From an uncultured Spirochaetota bacterium (GTDB lineage: Bacteria > Spirochaetota > Spirochaetia > SZUA-6 > CAVTHK01), in contig CAVTHK010000003.1 in NCBI GenBank assembly GCA_963734495.1, positions 64,001-128,000 of the forward strand: a DNA stretch of 64,000 bases. The letters are read 5' to 3'. A program made the position numbers and the translations under genes. Below are positions 20,543 through 30,213 of the stretch, one piece after another. How positions within the stretch are numbered: the first letter of the stretch is position 1; each line of letters opens with the position of its first letter. The notes beneath the pieces are model-generated. The model saw only the letters and a program-made list of their open reading frames with translations, searched no databases and was not told the DNA's origin.

Positions 20543-21562
20543 ATGAGAACCGAACCTGCGACCGTCGTCGACCCGGGCTCGTCCGACGAAGCCTGCATGC
20601 GCGACCTGGCGCTCCGCAAGCGCGAAGCGCTCAAGCCGCTCTTTGCCCGCTACGCGCCCCTCGTGTTCCACATCGCGGCGCAGAGCCTCGGATCCGATGC
20701 GGCCGAGGACATCGTTCAGGACGTCTTCCTCTCCGTGTGGCGCAAGGCGGAGACCTTCGATCCGCGCCGGGGCGCTTTCCGCCCGTGGCTGCTGCAGATA
20801 GCGCACTACCGCGTCCTCAACGAGCTGCGATCGCGCAGGCGCAGGCCGCGCCTCGATCCCGCGGTCGACGGCGAGGCGCTCGACGAGATCCCGGGCGTCG
20901 ACGGCGAGCCGGTCGAGGCGGTGTGGCGCTCATACCGCAGCGAAGCGGTGCGCGCCGCCGTGGAGAAGCTGCCGCCGCAGCAGCGCCAGGCCCTGAGCCT
21001 CGCCTTCTTCGAGGAGCTCAGCCACGACCAGGTCGCGGCGGTCCTCAACCTCCCGCTGGGGACGGTCAAGTCCCGCATCAGGGCCGCCCTGCACAGGCTG
21101 CGATTCCGGCTCGCGCCGCTGAGCGCGGCGGTCCTCGCGCTGGCGGTGCTCGGAGGGGCGGGCGCGTGGCTCTTTGTGCAGCGCCCCGCGCAGCAGCGCG
21201 CGGGCCGGGCGCTCGCCATGGTGACGGCAAGCGACATCACGACGATCCACGTGCCGCCCGCGTCGGGCGCCCCGCCCGCGACCCATGGCTCCTACAGGGG
21301 CAGGCCCGGAACGCCGACGGCCGTTCTCGCGCTGCACAGCTTCGCAAAGGCTCCCGCCGGAAAGACCTACCAGGCGTGGGTCTCCAGCGGCGGCCTGTGG
21401 ACCTCGATGGGCACGGCGACGCCTGATGCCGAAGGGAACGCGGTGGTCGTGGCCGAGGGCGAGGCGTTCACGCAGCTGCCTCTTGTCGTCGAGGTCACGG
21501 TGGAGCCCAGAGGCGGCAGCGCGCAGCCGACGGGACCGGCCATCATCCTCTGGACTCGATGA
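20543..21562 (+). CDS. ECF sigma factor fused to a TM helix and RskA-like C-terminal domain
   Basis: sigma2 AEDIVQDVFLSVWR, sigma4 LPLGTVKSRIR, TM SAAVLALAVLGGAGAWLFV, RskA-like YQAW...VTVEPRGGSAQPTG; one continuous ORF. Confidence 0.85.
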   Translation: MRTEPATVVDPGSSDEACMRDLALRKREALKPLFARYAPLVFHIAAQSLGSDAAEDIVQDVFLSVWRKAETFDPRRGAFRPWLLQIAHYRVLNELRSRRRRPRLDPAVDGEALDEIPGVDGEPVEAVWRSYRSEAVRAAVEKLPPQQRQALSLAFFEELSHDQVAAVLNLPLGTVKSRIRAALHRLRFRLAPLSAAVLALAVLGGAGAWLFVQRPAQQRAGRALAMVTASDITTIHVPPASGAPPATHGSYRGRPGTPTAVLALHSFAKAPAGKTYQAWVSSGGLWTSMGTATPDAEGNAVVVAEGEAFTQLPLVVEVTVEPRGGSAQPTGPAIILWTR

Positions 21563-21590
21563 ACGCGCGGGACGCAGCGAACGTCCGGTG

Positions 21591-21615
21591 ATCCGATCGC
21601 GCGCTCGCGGTGTAG
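21591..21615 (+). promoter_or_regulatory. candidate ECF-sigma promoter, copy 2
   Basis: ATCC-N13-CGGTGTAG upstream of the cupredoxin gene. Confidence 0.5.
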
Positions 21616-21686
21616 ACGGTGGTGTAAGGCACGCCGGCTCGCACCGCAGTGGCAGACACAAAGAGCGCGGCGTGAGGAAGGACGCC

Positions 21687-22961
21687 ATGAGATTCCCAAG
21701 GAAGCTCTCCTTGAAGGTTTCGGCACGGATGGCAGGCCTCGCGTTCGGCCTGGTCCTCGCCGTTTTCGCGACTGCCGGCGCGAGCGCCGCCGGGCCCAAG
21801 GCGTACGTGGGCCTGTTCAAGGACAACGCCGTCGCCGTGATCGATACGGGCACCGACCGGCTGCTGAGCACCATCCCGATCCCGCCTGGTCCGCACGGCC
21901 TGGTGATGGCCCCCGACGGTTCCACCGTGTACGCGAGCAGCGACGGCGACTCCACGGTAAGCGTGATCGATACGGCGCGGGACGCCGTCACCTCCAGCAT
22001 CCAGGTCGGTCAGTCCCCACACGGCCTTGCGATCACCCCGGACGGCGGGACCGTGCTGGCCGCCGTGTTCGGCGCGAGCCAGGTGGTCTCCATAGACACG
22101 GCGACGCGGACGGTCTCCGGTTCGGTCGCCGTGGCCAGTCCCCACAACATCGCGATGAGCCCCGACGGCCGGACCGCTTACGTGGCCGCGCAGGGCAAGG
22201 GCGCCCTGGCGATCGTCGTCCTGGACGTCGCGACGCTGCGCCAGACGGGAATCGTGCCGCTGGACAAGACCCCCCGGGCCCTGAGCGTGAGCCCCGACGG
22301 AAGGGACCTCTACTTTACGCTCGCGGGCTCCGACGCCGTGCAGGTGCTCGACACCGCGACGAACGCGATCGTCCACCGCGTGCCCGTGGGCGCCTCGCCG
22401 CATCTCCCGCTCGCCGACGCGAGGGAGGTGCTCGTCGTGAGCCAGGGCCCCGGGACGCTGTCGCTCATCGACCCGGCGACCGAGAAGGTGAGCGGAATCG
22501 TGAAGGTCGGCACCCTCCCGCACTGGATCGCGCCGGCGCGCGGCGGCCACTCCGCATGGGTCACCGACGAAGGCTCCAACGACGTCTCGGTCGTGGATCT
22601 CGACTCGATGACCGTGGTTGCCACGATCCCGGTGGGCAACGCCCCCCGCAAGATCGTCGTGCAGCCGGGCGCGGCGGTGAGCTCGCTCGCCCCGCGGTCC
22701 GTGGTCGCGGTGCAGACGAGGATCTCGGGGTTCGCCTTTGACGACACGGTCGCCGTCACCGCCGGCGGCTCCGTCACCTGGACCAATGCGGACCCCGTGC
22801 CGCACACGGTCACGAGCGACACGGGGCTCTGGGCTTCGGGCGACATCGCCGCGGGGGCGCGCTTCTCGATGCGCTTCACTACCCCCGGCAGCTACGGCTA
22901 CCACTGCGAGAACCATCCCTCCATGCAGGGTACCGTGGTCGTGAATTCCGCGGCCTCATAG
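21687..22961 (+). CDS. exported YVTN beta-propeller protein with C-terminal plastocyanin-like cupredoxin domain
   Basis: signal peptide; repeats like VSVIDT...IQVGQSPHGLAITPDG; type-1 Cu ligands PHTVT and YHCENHPSM. Confidence 0.88.
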   Translation: MRFPRKLSLKVSARMAGLAFGLVLAVFATAGASAAGPKAYVGLFKDNAVAVIDTGTDRLLSTIPIPPGPHGLVMAPDGSTVYASSDGDSTVSVIDTARDAVTSSIQVGQSPHGLAITPDGGTVLAAVFGASQVVSIDTATRTVSGSVAVASPHNIAMSPDGRTAYVAAQGKGALAIVVLDVATLRQTGIVPLDKTPRALSVSPDGRDLYFTLAGSDAVQVLDTATNAIVHRVPVGASPHLPLADAREVLVVSQGPGTLSLIDPATEKVSGIVKVGTLPHWIAPARGGHSAWVTDEGSNDVSVVDLDSMTVVATIPVGNAPRKIVVQPGAAVSSLAPRSVVAVQTRISGFAFDDTVAVTAGGSVTWTNADPVPHTVTSDTGLWASGDIAAGARFSMRFTTPGSYGYHCENHPSMQGTVVVNSAAS

Positions 22962-23203
22962 TCGAAATTGAAGGAAGGCTCGCCGCCGGCGACGGCTGAT
23001 GATCGGCCGTCGTCGACGGCGGCGCCGCCTCGCAGCCGCACCCGCCGCATCTCCGCGCCGGGGCCGGCCGCACTGCGTCGTCCGACGCCGCTGCGGGCTG
23101 GGCACGCCGGCGAGGGCTCGCTACTCTTCCCGGTATGGGCACGACTTCCTGTCACGGAGCGGGAGACAGCCCCGACGCCTCCCGGCCTCTCGAGGGAGCA
23201 CGA

Positions 23204-23734
23204 ATGAACGCGCTGTTCTCCGCCGGCAGGTTCACGGTGCGGCCCGTCGCGAGCGGCGACGTGGCATCGACGCTGCAGGTGTACGAGCAGTGCGAAGACT
23301 TCCTGTCGCTCGGCCCTGTCCCGAAGGCCTCGCGCGCCATGGTCCTCGCCGACATCGAACACTCCGCGCAGGCAGGCGGCGTCTACTGCGGCATCTGGGA
23401 CGAAGCGGGGACGCAGATCGGAATCCTCGACTTCGTTCCGGAAGCGGGCGAACGAACCAGCTTCCTCTCGCTGCTGATGATCTCGGGGCCGCACAGGCGC
23501 AAAGGTCTTGGAAGCGCGGTGCTCGCCGCTCTCGAGTCCCATCTTGCGACGAGGTATGGGACGCTTGTGCTCGAATCCGGGGTGCAGGTCAGCAACGGAC
23601 CGGGCATCGCGTTCTGGGAGAAGCACGGCTTTCGGATAGACCGCGATCCCAGGCCGATGAGTGACGGAACGACGGCCTACGCGATGTCCAAAAGGGTCTC
23701 CGCGGGTTCGGTGCCTGCGTCGGCGCCGCCGTGA
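23204..23734 (+). CDS. GNAT family N-acetyltransferase
   Basis: HRRKGLGSA acetyl-CoA motif, AFWEKHGF. Confidence 0.85.
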   Translation: MNALFSAGRFTVRPVASGDVASTLQVYEQCEDFLSLGPVPKASRAMVLADIEHSAQAGGVYCGIWDEAGTQIGILDFVPEAGERTSFLSLLMISGPHRRKGLGSAVLAALESHLATRYGTLVLESGVQVSNGPGIAFWEKHGFRIDRDPRPMSDGTTAYAMSKRVSAGSVPASAPP

Positions 23735-23830
23735 ACGTGATTTCGTGGCCCAGGCCGGACAAGGAGGCCGGGCTGCGGCGGTTGACGCGGCGGGCGGGCG
23801 AATGATACGGCGTGACGCGGAGGAGGGCGC

Positions 23831-24205
23831 ATGGCAGCGGAAACGGAGTACTCGATCAACCTCGCTGAGAGGTTCGGTCCCCTCGAGCTCATCGACGCCG
23901 CGAAGCTGGCGGCCGAAGTGAAGGACGAATGGTTCAACCAGACCCTGTGCCGCGTCAACGATTGCGTCGTGCGCCTGGGAGTGTTCAAGAAGGGGGAGTT
24001 TCACTGGCACAAGCACGACAAGGAGGACGAGTTCTTCCTTGTCCTGCAGGGGACCTTCATCATTGATCTCGAGAAAGAGCGCGTCATCCTCGGACCTCAC
24101 CAGGGCTTCATGGTCCCGAGAGGCACGGTCCACAAGACGAGCGTCGCGGAGCCCGCCGTGGTCATCATGGTGGAGGCGGCCACGGTCAAGCCGACCGGGG
24201 ACTGA
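23831..24205 (+). CDS. cupin domain protein
   Basis: GEFHWHKHDKEDEFF and VPRGTVH cupin motifs. Confidence 0.9.
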   Translation: MAAETEYSINLAERFGPLELIDAAKLAAEVKDEWFNQTLCRVNDCVVRLGVFKKGEFHWHKHDKEDEFFLVLQGTFIIDLEKERVILGPHQGFMVPRGTVHKTSVAEPAVVIMVEAATVKPTGD

Positions 24206-24223
24206 CCGAGGAGGGCCGAGGCG

Positions 24224-24832
24224 ATGGACGACGAGAGCCTTCGCGTGATCCTCGTCGGCGGCACATCCCACACCGGGAAATCGACGCTGGCAGACGGGCT
24301 CGCGGGCCGGCTGGGCTGGGAGCACCTGTTCACCGACACCCTGAAGCGTCACCCTGGCAGGCCGTGGAAGACGCCGCAGCGCGAGGTGCCCGAACACGTC
24401 GCTGAGCACTACCTGTCGCTGCCGGTCGAAGAGCTGCTGGCGGACGTTCTCAGGCACTATGGGAGCCTTTGGCCCCGCATTCAGGACATCGTCTCGGCGC
24501 GCCTCGCCGACCGATCGCAGCCCGGCCTCGTGATCGAGGGCTCGGCGGTCTGGCCGGAGAGCGCGGCATCGCTGCCGTCGCGCCGCGTCGCCGCCGTCTG
24601 GCTCACGGCGGGCGACGGCTTCCTGCGGGAGCGAATCCGGGCATCGAGCGGATTCGCGGCCGCGTCGCCCCGCGAGCGGGCGATGATCACGAAGTTCGTG
24701 GAGCGAGCGATCGCTTTCAATTCCCGCATGATGGAAGCCGTGCGGCGGCTCGGGCTCGGCAGCCTGAACGTCGAGGGTCTTTCCCCGGTCGGTCTGTGCG
24801 CCGCGTGCCTCGAGCTCGTCGGATGTCGCTGA
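24224..24832 (+). CDS. P-loop kinase (2-phosphoglycerate kinase-like)
   Basis: GGTSHTGKST Walker A, VIEG. Confidence 0.75.
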   Translation: MDDESLRVILVGGTSHTGKSTLADGLAGRLGWEHLFTDTLKRHPGRPWKTPQREVPEHVAEHYLSLPVEELLADVLRHYGSLWPRIQDIVSARLADRSQPGLVIEGSAVWPESAASLPSRRVAAVWLTAGDGFLRERIRASSGFAAASPRERAMITKFVERAIAFNSRMMEAVRRLGLGSLNVEGLSPVGLCAACLELVGCR

Positions 24833-24841
24833 GCCGGCGAC

Positions 24842-25402
24842 CTACGCCGCCGGCTCGTAGCAGAGCAGCACGTTCCCGTTGGCGAAGGCCCGCGTCTTCG
24901 TCAGCTTGAGAGGCAGCCTTTTCGAGACGCCGTCGAACAGAAGCTTTCCCTGGCCGAGGACGACCGGGTAGACGACGATCTGGTATTCGTCGATCAGGCC
25001 TTCGCGGGCGAGCTGAGAGACGATGCTGCCGCTGCCCAGGATCGCCATCCCCCTTCCGTTCTCTTTCTTCATCCGGCGGACCTCCGCAGCCAGGTCGCTC
25101 TTGACCACCCGGGTGTTGCTCCATGTCGCCTCCCCGAGCGTCTTCGAGAACACGACCTTCGGCAGCGCGTTCATCCGTTCGGCGACCACGGGCTCGTTCC
25201 GCATCGCCATCGGCGTCGGCCAGTATTGGATCATCAGCTCGTACGTCTTGCGCCCGAACAGCAGCGTTCCCCCGCCGCTGGCGTTGCCCGCCACGAACGT
25301 GTTCCACTCGGGGTCGCTCCTGTGAGCCCAGCTCAAGTCGCCGTCCGCGCCGGCAAAGAAGCCGTCCAGCGTCACCATGCTGAAAGCAGACAGTCTCTGC
25401 AT
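24842..25402 (-). CDS. dihydrofolate reductase/RibD C-terminal family protein
   Basis: TLDGFF, LLFGRKTYE, ILGSGS, PVVLGQGKLLF. Confidence 0.9.
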   Translation of the reverse strand: MQRLSAFSMVTLDGFFAGADGDLSWAHRSDPEWNTFVAGNASGGGTLLFGRKTYELMIQYWPTPMAMRNEPVVAERMNALPKVVFSKTLGEATWSNTRVVKSDLAAEVRRMKKENGRGMAILGSGSIVSQLAREGLIDEYQIVVYPVVLGQGKLLFDGVSKRLPLKLTKTRAFANGNVLLCYEPAA

Positions 25403-25445
25403 GTCACTCCTCCTTGGTCCCCGATCGCGGGGCTCTGCCATGACA

Positions 25446-26226
25446 TCACACGTCCGGGTGCGGACCCAGGTACTGCAGCGAGCCGGGCGTCGTCAGCAGC
25501 TCGCCCGTCTCCAGCAGGGTCTTCAGCCCGGACAGGACCATCGGCCAGCCGCCGTAGAGCTCGGGGCGCGCCCCGTCGCGAAGCTGGTCGTGGGTGACCG
25601 TGAGCCGGCACGAATCGCCGACCGGCTCGATCTCCCAGGTGACCCGCGAGGTCCCCTCGCTCTTCGCGTCGTCGCTCCAGAGCGCCCGATAGCTCTGGAC
25701 GAGCCTGCGCGGCGGATCGACCTCCAGGTTCTCGCCGTCGAAGATCGTCATGTCGGGCCGCTGGCGCGGGATGCCCTTGTAGCGCGAGCCGGGCTTCCAG
25801 TCCGATATCACCTCCACCCCGAAGTTGTACTTCCGCCTCATCCCGGGGTCGGTGATCGCCTGCCACAGGCGCTCCGGCGTCGTCTTTATGTAGATCTCGA
25901 AGACCTTCTCCATAGATCCCTCCTCGATCCGTTTCTTGAGCCCGGTCAGCGTCTGCCGTCCAGGGCTCCGTGTACTTGTCTATCCATCGATCATGGATCA
26001 GGCGGATCGGCACCGGGTTCAGGAAGTGCAGCTTTTCGCGGCCGCGCCGCTTCGTGACGATGAGGCGCGCCTCCTCGAGCACGCGCAGGTGCTTCATGAC
26101 GCCGAACCGGGTCATGGTCGCCCGCCGCCCGAGCGCGCTGAGCGTCTGCCCGTCCCGCTTGAACAGCTCGTCGAGGAGCCTTCGGCGCGTCGGGTCGGCG
26201 AGGGCGCGGAACACCGCATCATCCAC
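25446..26226 (-). CDS. ArsR-family HTH regulator probably fused to an SRPBCC (AHSA1) domain (indel ~25958)
   Basis: FRALADPTRRRLL HTH; after the indel LTGLKKRIEEGS runs in frame into MEKVFEIYIKTTPERLW (25446-25913). Confidence 0.8.
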
Positions 26227-26232
26227 GCGGGA

Positions 26233-26262
26233 AATATATGTGACCAATTGGTCACCTGTCAA
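26233..26262 (-). promoter_or_regulatory. sigma70 promoter with ArsR-type operator palindrome
   Basis: TTGACA-N18-TATATT on minus strand; perfect palindrome GTGACCAATTGGTCAC at 26240-26255 in the spacer. Confidence 0.75.
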
Positions 26263-26299
26263 GCGCGGACTCGACGACGGAGGCTCGGGCGTGAGGCGG

Positions 26300-26776
26300 G
26301 CCGCCCGCGCGGGCTGATCCGATGGGGACAACCGGCGGGAGAAGAAGATGCCCCTGGGGTACCTGGTCCGCAGCGACGCGGTCACCGCGGTGCCTCCCAC
26401 CTCCACGGGCTGGTCCGGACCGGGGAACTGCCAGATTCCCGGCGTCGCCGGCGTCGACGTGCAGCGCCACATACAGGAAGGTAGCGGCCCGTGCGTACGC
26501 GAGGCCTGTATTGTCGATGTTCACCCTGACCCATCGGTTGAGGCCGGGCTTGACCGCAGCGTGCCCGACCACCGATCCGGCTTCGTCGTCTCGCTTGGTG
26601 TAGACAGCGATCCAGCCGGGTCCAGGGCTCACGACGTCCTGCACGAGGATCGAATCGTTCTGGAGTCGCTGGTCGAAGAGCACGATCGAGGGCCTGGTCG
26701 GGTCCGGCGTGCTCTGACACCCCGTGACCGCCGCTGCCAGGGGGAGGAGGGCACAGAGCGCAAGCGCGACTTTCAT
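26300..26776 (-). CDS. lipoprotein with DUF7282-like domain (frameshift ~26440, end approximate)
   Basis: lipobox VTGC; DQ...VVSPGPGWIAVY...ALHVD...FPGPDQPV pattern. Confidence 0.55.
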
Positions 26777-26825
26777 GGACATAGTGTACGCCTCTCGCCC
26801 GCACCGGGGAAGGGGAGGGGCGTCT

Positions 26826-27662
26826 TCACTGGCCGGCGGCGGAGACGAGGTCGCCGTAGGCCTCCTGAAACCCGGGGTCGAGCCACAGCCCGTTGTGGTC
26901 GCCGCCGCGCACGATCACCAGCTTCTTGTCGCGGGCGGGCGACGCCTCGAAGAGGGCGGTCGCCATCCTCGGCGAGGTGATGCGGTCGCGCGCGCCGCCG
27001 GCGATCAGCGTGGGAACGCTCACGCCCCGGATGCGCAGGAGGTTGCTTTCGGCGAGCAGCGACGGCTCGACGTCGAAGCGCACGAAAGGCTTCGCGTACC
27101 ACGGCACCAGGTAACGCAGCGTCTCTCGGCCGTCCGTCGCCGGGTTCTGGAGCACGAGCGCGCCGACGGGCCGTTCGGAGGCGACGAGGGTCGCCGCGAA
27201 ACTGCCGAGCGAATGGCCGTGCGCGATGATGCGGCGGGGGTCGGGCTCGAAGCGCTCGCGCAGCACCTGGTAGGCGCGCAGCGCGTCGGATCTGAACGAG
27301 GCCACGGTCGGCGTCCCCTGGCTCCTGCCGTAGCCCCTGTAGTCCATCATGAAGAGGTTCACGCCGTGGCCGGTGATCGCCTCGGCAAAGCCTTTCGAGT
27401 CCGCGAGGAAGAAGGCGTTGCCCCCGAAGAACAGCACCGTCGCCCGCGCGGCCGGCCGCCGGATGTACCACGCGTTGAGGCTCGTTCCGTCGTCCGCCGC
27501 GAAGAAGAAGTCGTCGGCCGCGACTCCCGCGCCGGACGCGGTCACGGTGCCCGGGCGCGCGAGAAACAGCGACTGCTCCCCGACCGCGATGCGCGCGCAG
27601 GCGCCGATCGCGAGCGCGGCGGACGCCGCCGCCGCGGCGCGTCCGAAGCTGCGTGACCTCAC
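26826..27662 (-). CDS. alpha/beta hydrolase (ABHD-like), possibly a lipoprotein
   Basis: FGGNA, DYRGYGRS, GHSLGS, late D and H; TTGACG-N17-TAGCTT 7 nt before GTG. Confidence 0.88.
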   Translation of the reverse strand: MRSRSFGRAAAAASAALAIGACARIAVGEQSLFLARPGTVTASGAGVAADDFFFAADDGTSLNAWYIRRPAARATVLFFGGNAFFLADSKGFAEAITGHGVNLFMMDYRGYGRSQGTPTVASFRSDALRAYQVLRERFEPDPRRIIAHGHSLGSFAATLVASERPVGALVLQNPATDGRETLRYLVPWYAKPFVRFDVEPSLLAESNLLRIRGVSVPTLIAGGARDRITSPRMATALFEASPARDKKLVIVRGGDHNGLWLDPGFQEAYGDLVSAAGQ

Positions 27663-27780
27663 GCCGACGAAGCTACGGACGCCTCGGCCGCCCGTCAAGG
27701 GGGCGCACCGGCGTCGCGCGGGCTTGTAGCCGGCTGGAGCCGGGTGGTAAAGTCGGATCGTCGCGCTTCGGGAGGGCAGT

Positions 27781-29539
27781 GTGAAGGTACGGATCGGCGA
27801 CCGCGAGATCGAAGCCGAGCCCGGAGCTCATCTGCGCGAGCTGCTGCTGGCCAACGACTTCCTGTTCGATTTCCCCTGCGGCGGCAGGGCCTCCTGCGGC
27901 CAGTGCACCGTCGACGTCGAGCCCGGCTCGGCGGTCACGGGCCCGCAGCGCCACGGCCGCCCGCTCGCCTGCAAAGCCGTGCTGTGGTCCGACTGCACCG
28001 TGCGCCTGCGGGAGCAGGCGAGCGCGTGGGCCGCCGCGGCCGCGACCGAGGAGGCGCTGACCGACGAGGCCGACCGGCTGGTCCGCAGGCTCGCGGTCCA
28101 GCTGCCGGAGCCGTCGCTCGCCGACCAGCGCTCGGACTGGCGGCGCCTGAGCGACGCCCTCTCCGCGGCCGGAATCCAGGCCGACATGCCGGAGCCCTCC
28201 GCGCTCGAAGGCATCGCCGCCGCCCTGCGCTCCGGCGGCTGGAAGGCGCACTTTCTCGTCGAGGGCTCGCGCCTTCTCTGCCCGTGGTCCGCGGCCGATG
28301 GCTACTACGGCTTTGCGGTCGACCTGGGCACGACGACCGTGGACGTGGCGCTGTACGACCTGGAGACAGGAAGGCAGAAGGCGAGGCGGACGCTCTTCAA
28401 CAAGCAGGCCGCCTACGGCGCGGACGTCATCTCGCGCGCGCAGGCGTTCCGCACCTACCGCTCCGCCGTGCGCCGGGCCGCGGCATCGACGATCGCGGAG
28501 GCGGCCGAGGCTCTCCTCGAGGAGACGGAGGTCGCGGCGGCGAACGTCGTCCGCACGGTCGTCGTCGGCAACCCGATCATGATCCACATCCTGCTCGGGC
28601 TCGACCCGGTGCAGCTCACCCACGCGCCATACATCCCGCTGGTCACGGAGCCGGTGCGCCGGCCGCCGGCCGATTTCGGCTGGGGCTTCCAGGGCAGAGG
28701 GATGGTCGAGACGCTGCCGCTGATCTCCGCTTTCGTGGGGGCGGACACGGTCGGCGTGATCGTGGCGCTCGGCCTGCCCGCCGCCGACGGGACCTCCCTC
28801 GCCCTGGACATCGGGACCAACGGCGAGATCGTGCTCGCGCGCGGGGGCGTGCTCGCCGCGACCTCGGCGGCCGCCGGCCCGGCGTTCGAGGGGGCGCAGA
28901 TCGCCTGCGGCAGCCGTGCCGTGGCCGGGGCGATCACGCACGTCTCCTTCGAGGCCGGCGCGGTCGCCTGCCGGGTCCTCGGCGGAGGGCCGGGCCGCAG
29001 CATCTGCGGCACGGCGCTCATCATGGCGGTGGCGGGCATGCTCGAGCACGGCGTCGTCGACGAGACCGGCCGCATCGTCGCGCGCCGAGGAGATCCCGGC
29101 CGCGGCCCTGCGCGAACGGGTGTTCGAGCGCGAGGGGCAGGCCGCCTTCGCCCTCACCGACGACCGCGCCGTCTTCGTCACGCAGAAGGACGTGCGCGAG
29201 CTGCAGCTCGCCAAGGCCGCCATCCGCACGGCGATCGAGAGCCTGCTCGCGGAGAGCGGCACCGCCTGGTCCGAGGTCGACCGCGTGCACCTGGCGGGCA
29301 ACTTTGGCGCGGGCATGAGCGTGACCGCCGAGATGAGGATCGGTCTGCTGCCGCGGATGCCGGTCGAGCGCGTCGACGCCGTCGGAAACGCCGCGCTGCG
29401 CGGCGCCGCGCTCGTGCTCCTGTCCCGCTCCAGCCGCGAGGCTGCCGCGGAGGCGGCTCGCGCCTGCCGCTTCGTCGAGCTCGCGGGCAGGCCCGAGTTC
29501 CAGGACCGCTTCGCGGACGCGATGCTCTTCCAGGACTGA
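27781..29539 (+). CDS. RACo/ASKHA (DUF4445) reductive activator of corrinoid proteins with N-terminal 2Fe-2S domain (frameshift ~29085)
   Basis: CGGRASCGQC...LAC, DLGTTT, DIGTNGE, AAGPAFEG, QLAKAAI, LAGNFG, GNAAL. Confidence 0.9.
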
Positions 29540-29709
29540 GCTCCCGCCCGGCTGGGCCCATCCCCCGCGGCCCGAATTGTGTCTATCCGTTTTGCCTCCC
29601 CCAGGTGTTCCATTGAGGGTGCCGCGCCGCAAGAATCGGGTGGATCGCGGCGCCGCCTTCGGTGATCTTGTTCACCTGATGCGGGTGCGGGCCGCACGAG
29701 GAGACGGGG

Positions 29710-29899
29710 ATGCACAACTGGTACGAGATGTACGTCGTCGGACGGGAGCGGGCCGCGGACAGGCTGCGGCACGTCGCGGCCCTGCGCCGGAGCGACGAGG
29801 TCCGGGCGCAGCGCGCGCATCCTCGCGGCGGGCAGCGCGCCGGATTTCTCACGTTGATGCCGGGCCTGCGGCAGCGCGGACAAGGAGGCCGAGGCGTGA
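29710..29899 (+). CDS. small hypothetical protein (may be separate from or fused to the DUF2917 gene)
   Basis: GAGGAG RBS before ATG; GTGA overlap with the next SD-preceded start. Confidence 0.4.
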
Positions 29900-30187
29900 G
29901 GGCTACGCTCGTGCTGGCGGCAAACGAGGTGATTTCGATGCAGGCGCGCGGCCTGCCCTGCCAGGTCACGTGCGTGGCCGGGACGGCTGTGGGTGACGGT
30001 CGAGCGGTCGCGCGTCGATTACGCGCTCGAGGCCGGAGAGCGGGTCACGTTCACCGCACGCGGCAAGGTCGTCGTCCAGGCTCTGCGCACCGCGACGGTC
30101 AGGCTCGAAAGCCCGGGCATCGGCCCGCGTCGCCGTGGGCTCGGCGCTGAGGCCGGAGCTGCTCCCGGGGTAGCCCGCCCCGGGTAG
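29896..30187 (+). CDS. DUF2917-like small protein (frameshift ~29985)
   Basis: AAGGAGG RBS; VTCVAGT-(L)WVT...DYALEAGE...VVVQAL pattern. Confidence 0.6.
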
Positions 30188-30198
30188 CCCGGGAGCAG
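30159..30198. terminator. hairpin between convergent genes
   Basis: CTGCTCCCGGG...CCCGGGAGCAG 11-bp inverted repeat. Confidence 0.45.
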
Positions 30199-30213
30199 GG
30201 GCCTCGCTCGCGT

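Noticed and set aside
23000-24832. GNAT/cupin/kinase run as a possible integron cassette array
   Set aside because: No integrase and no convincing attC (RYYYAAC...GTTRRRY) sites between the genes
23756-29891. Exact 15-mer CGGACAAGGAGGCCG at 23756 and 29877
   Set aside because: Only two copies, built around an SD-like core in GC-rich DNA; compatible with chance
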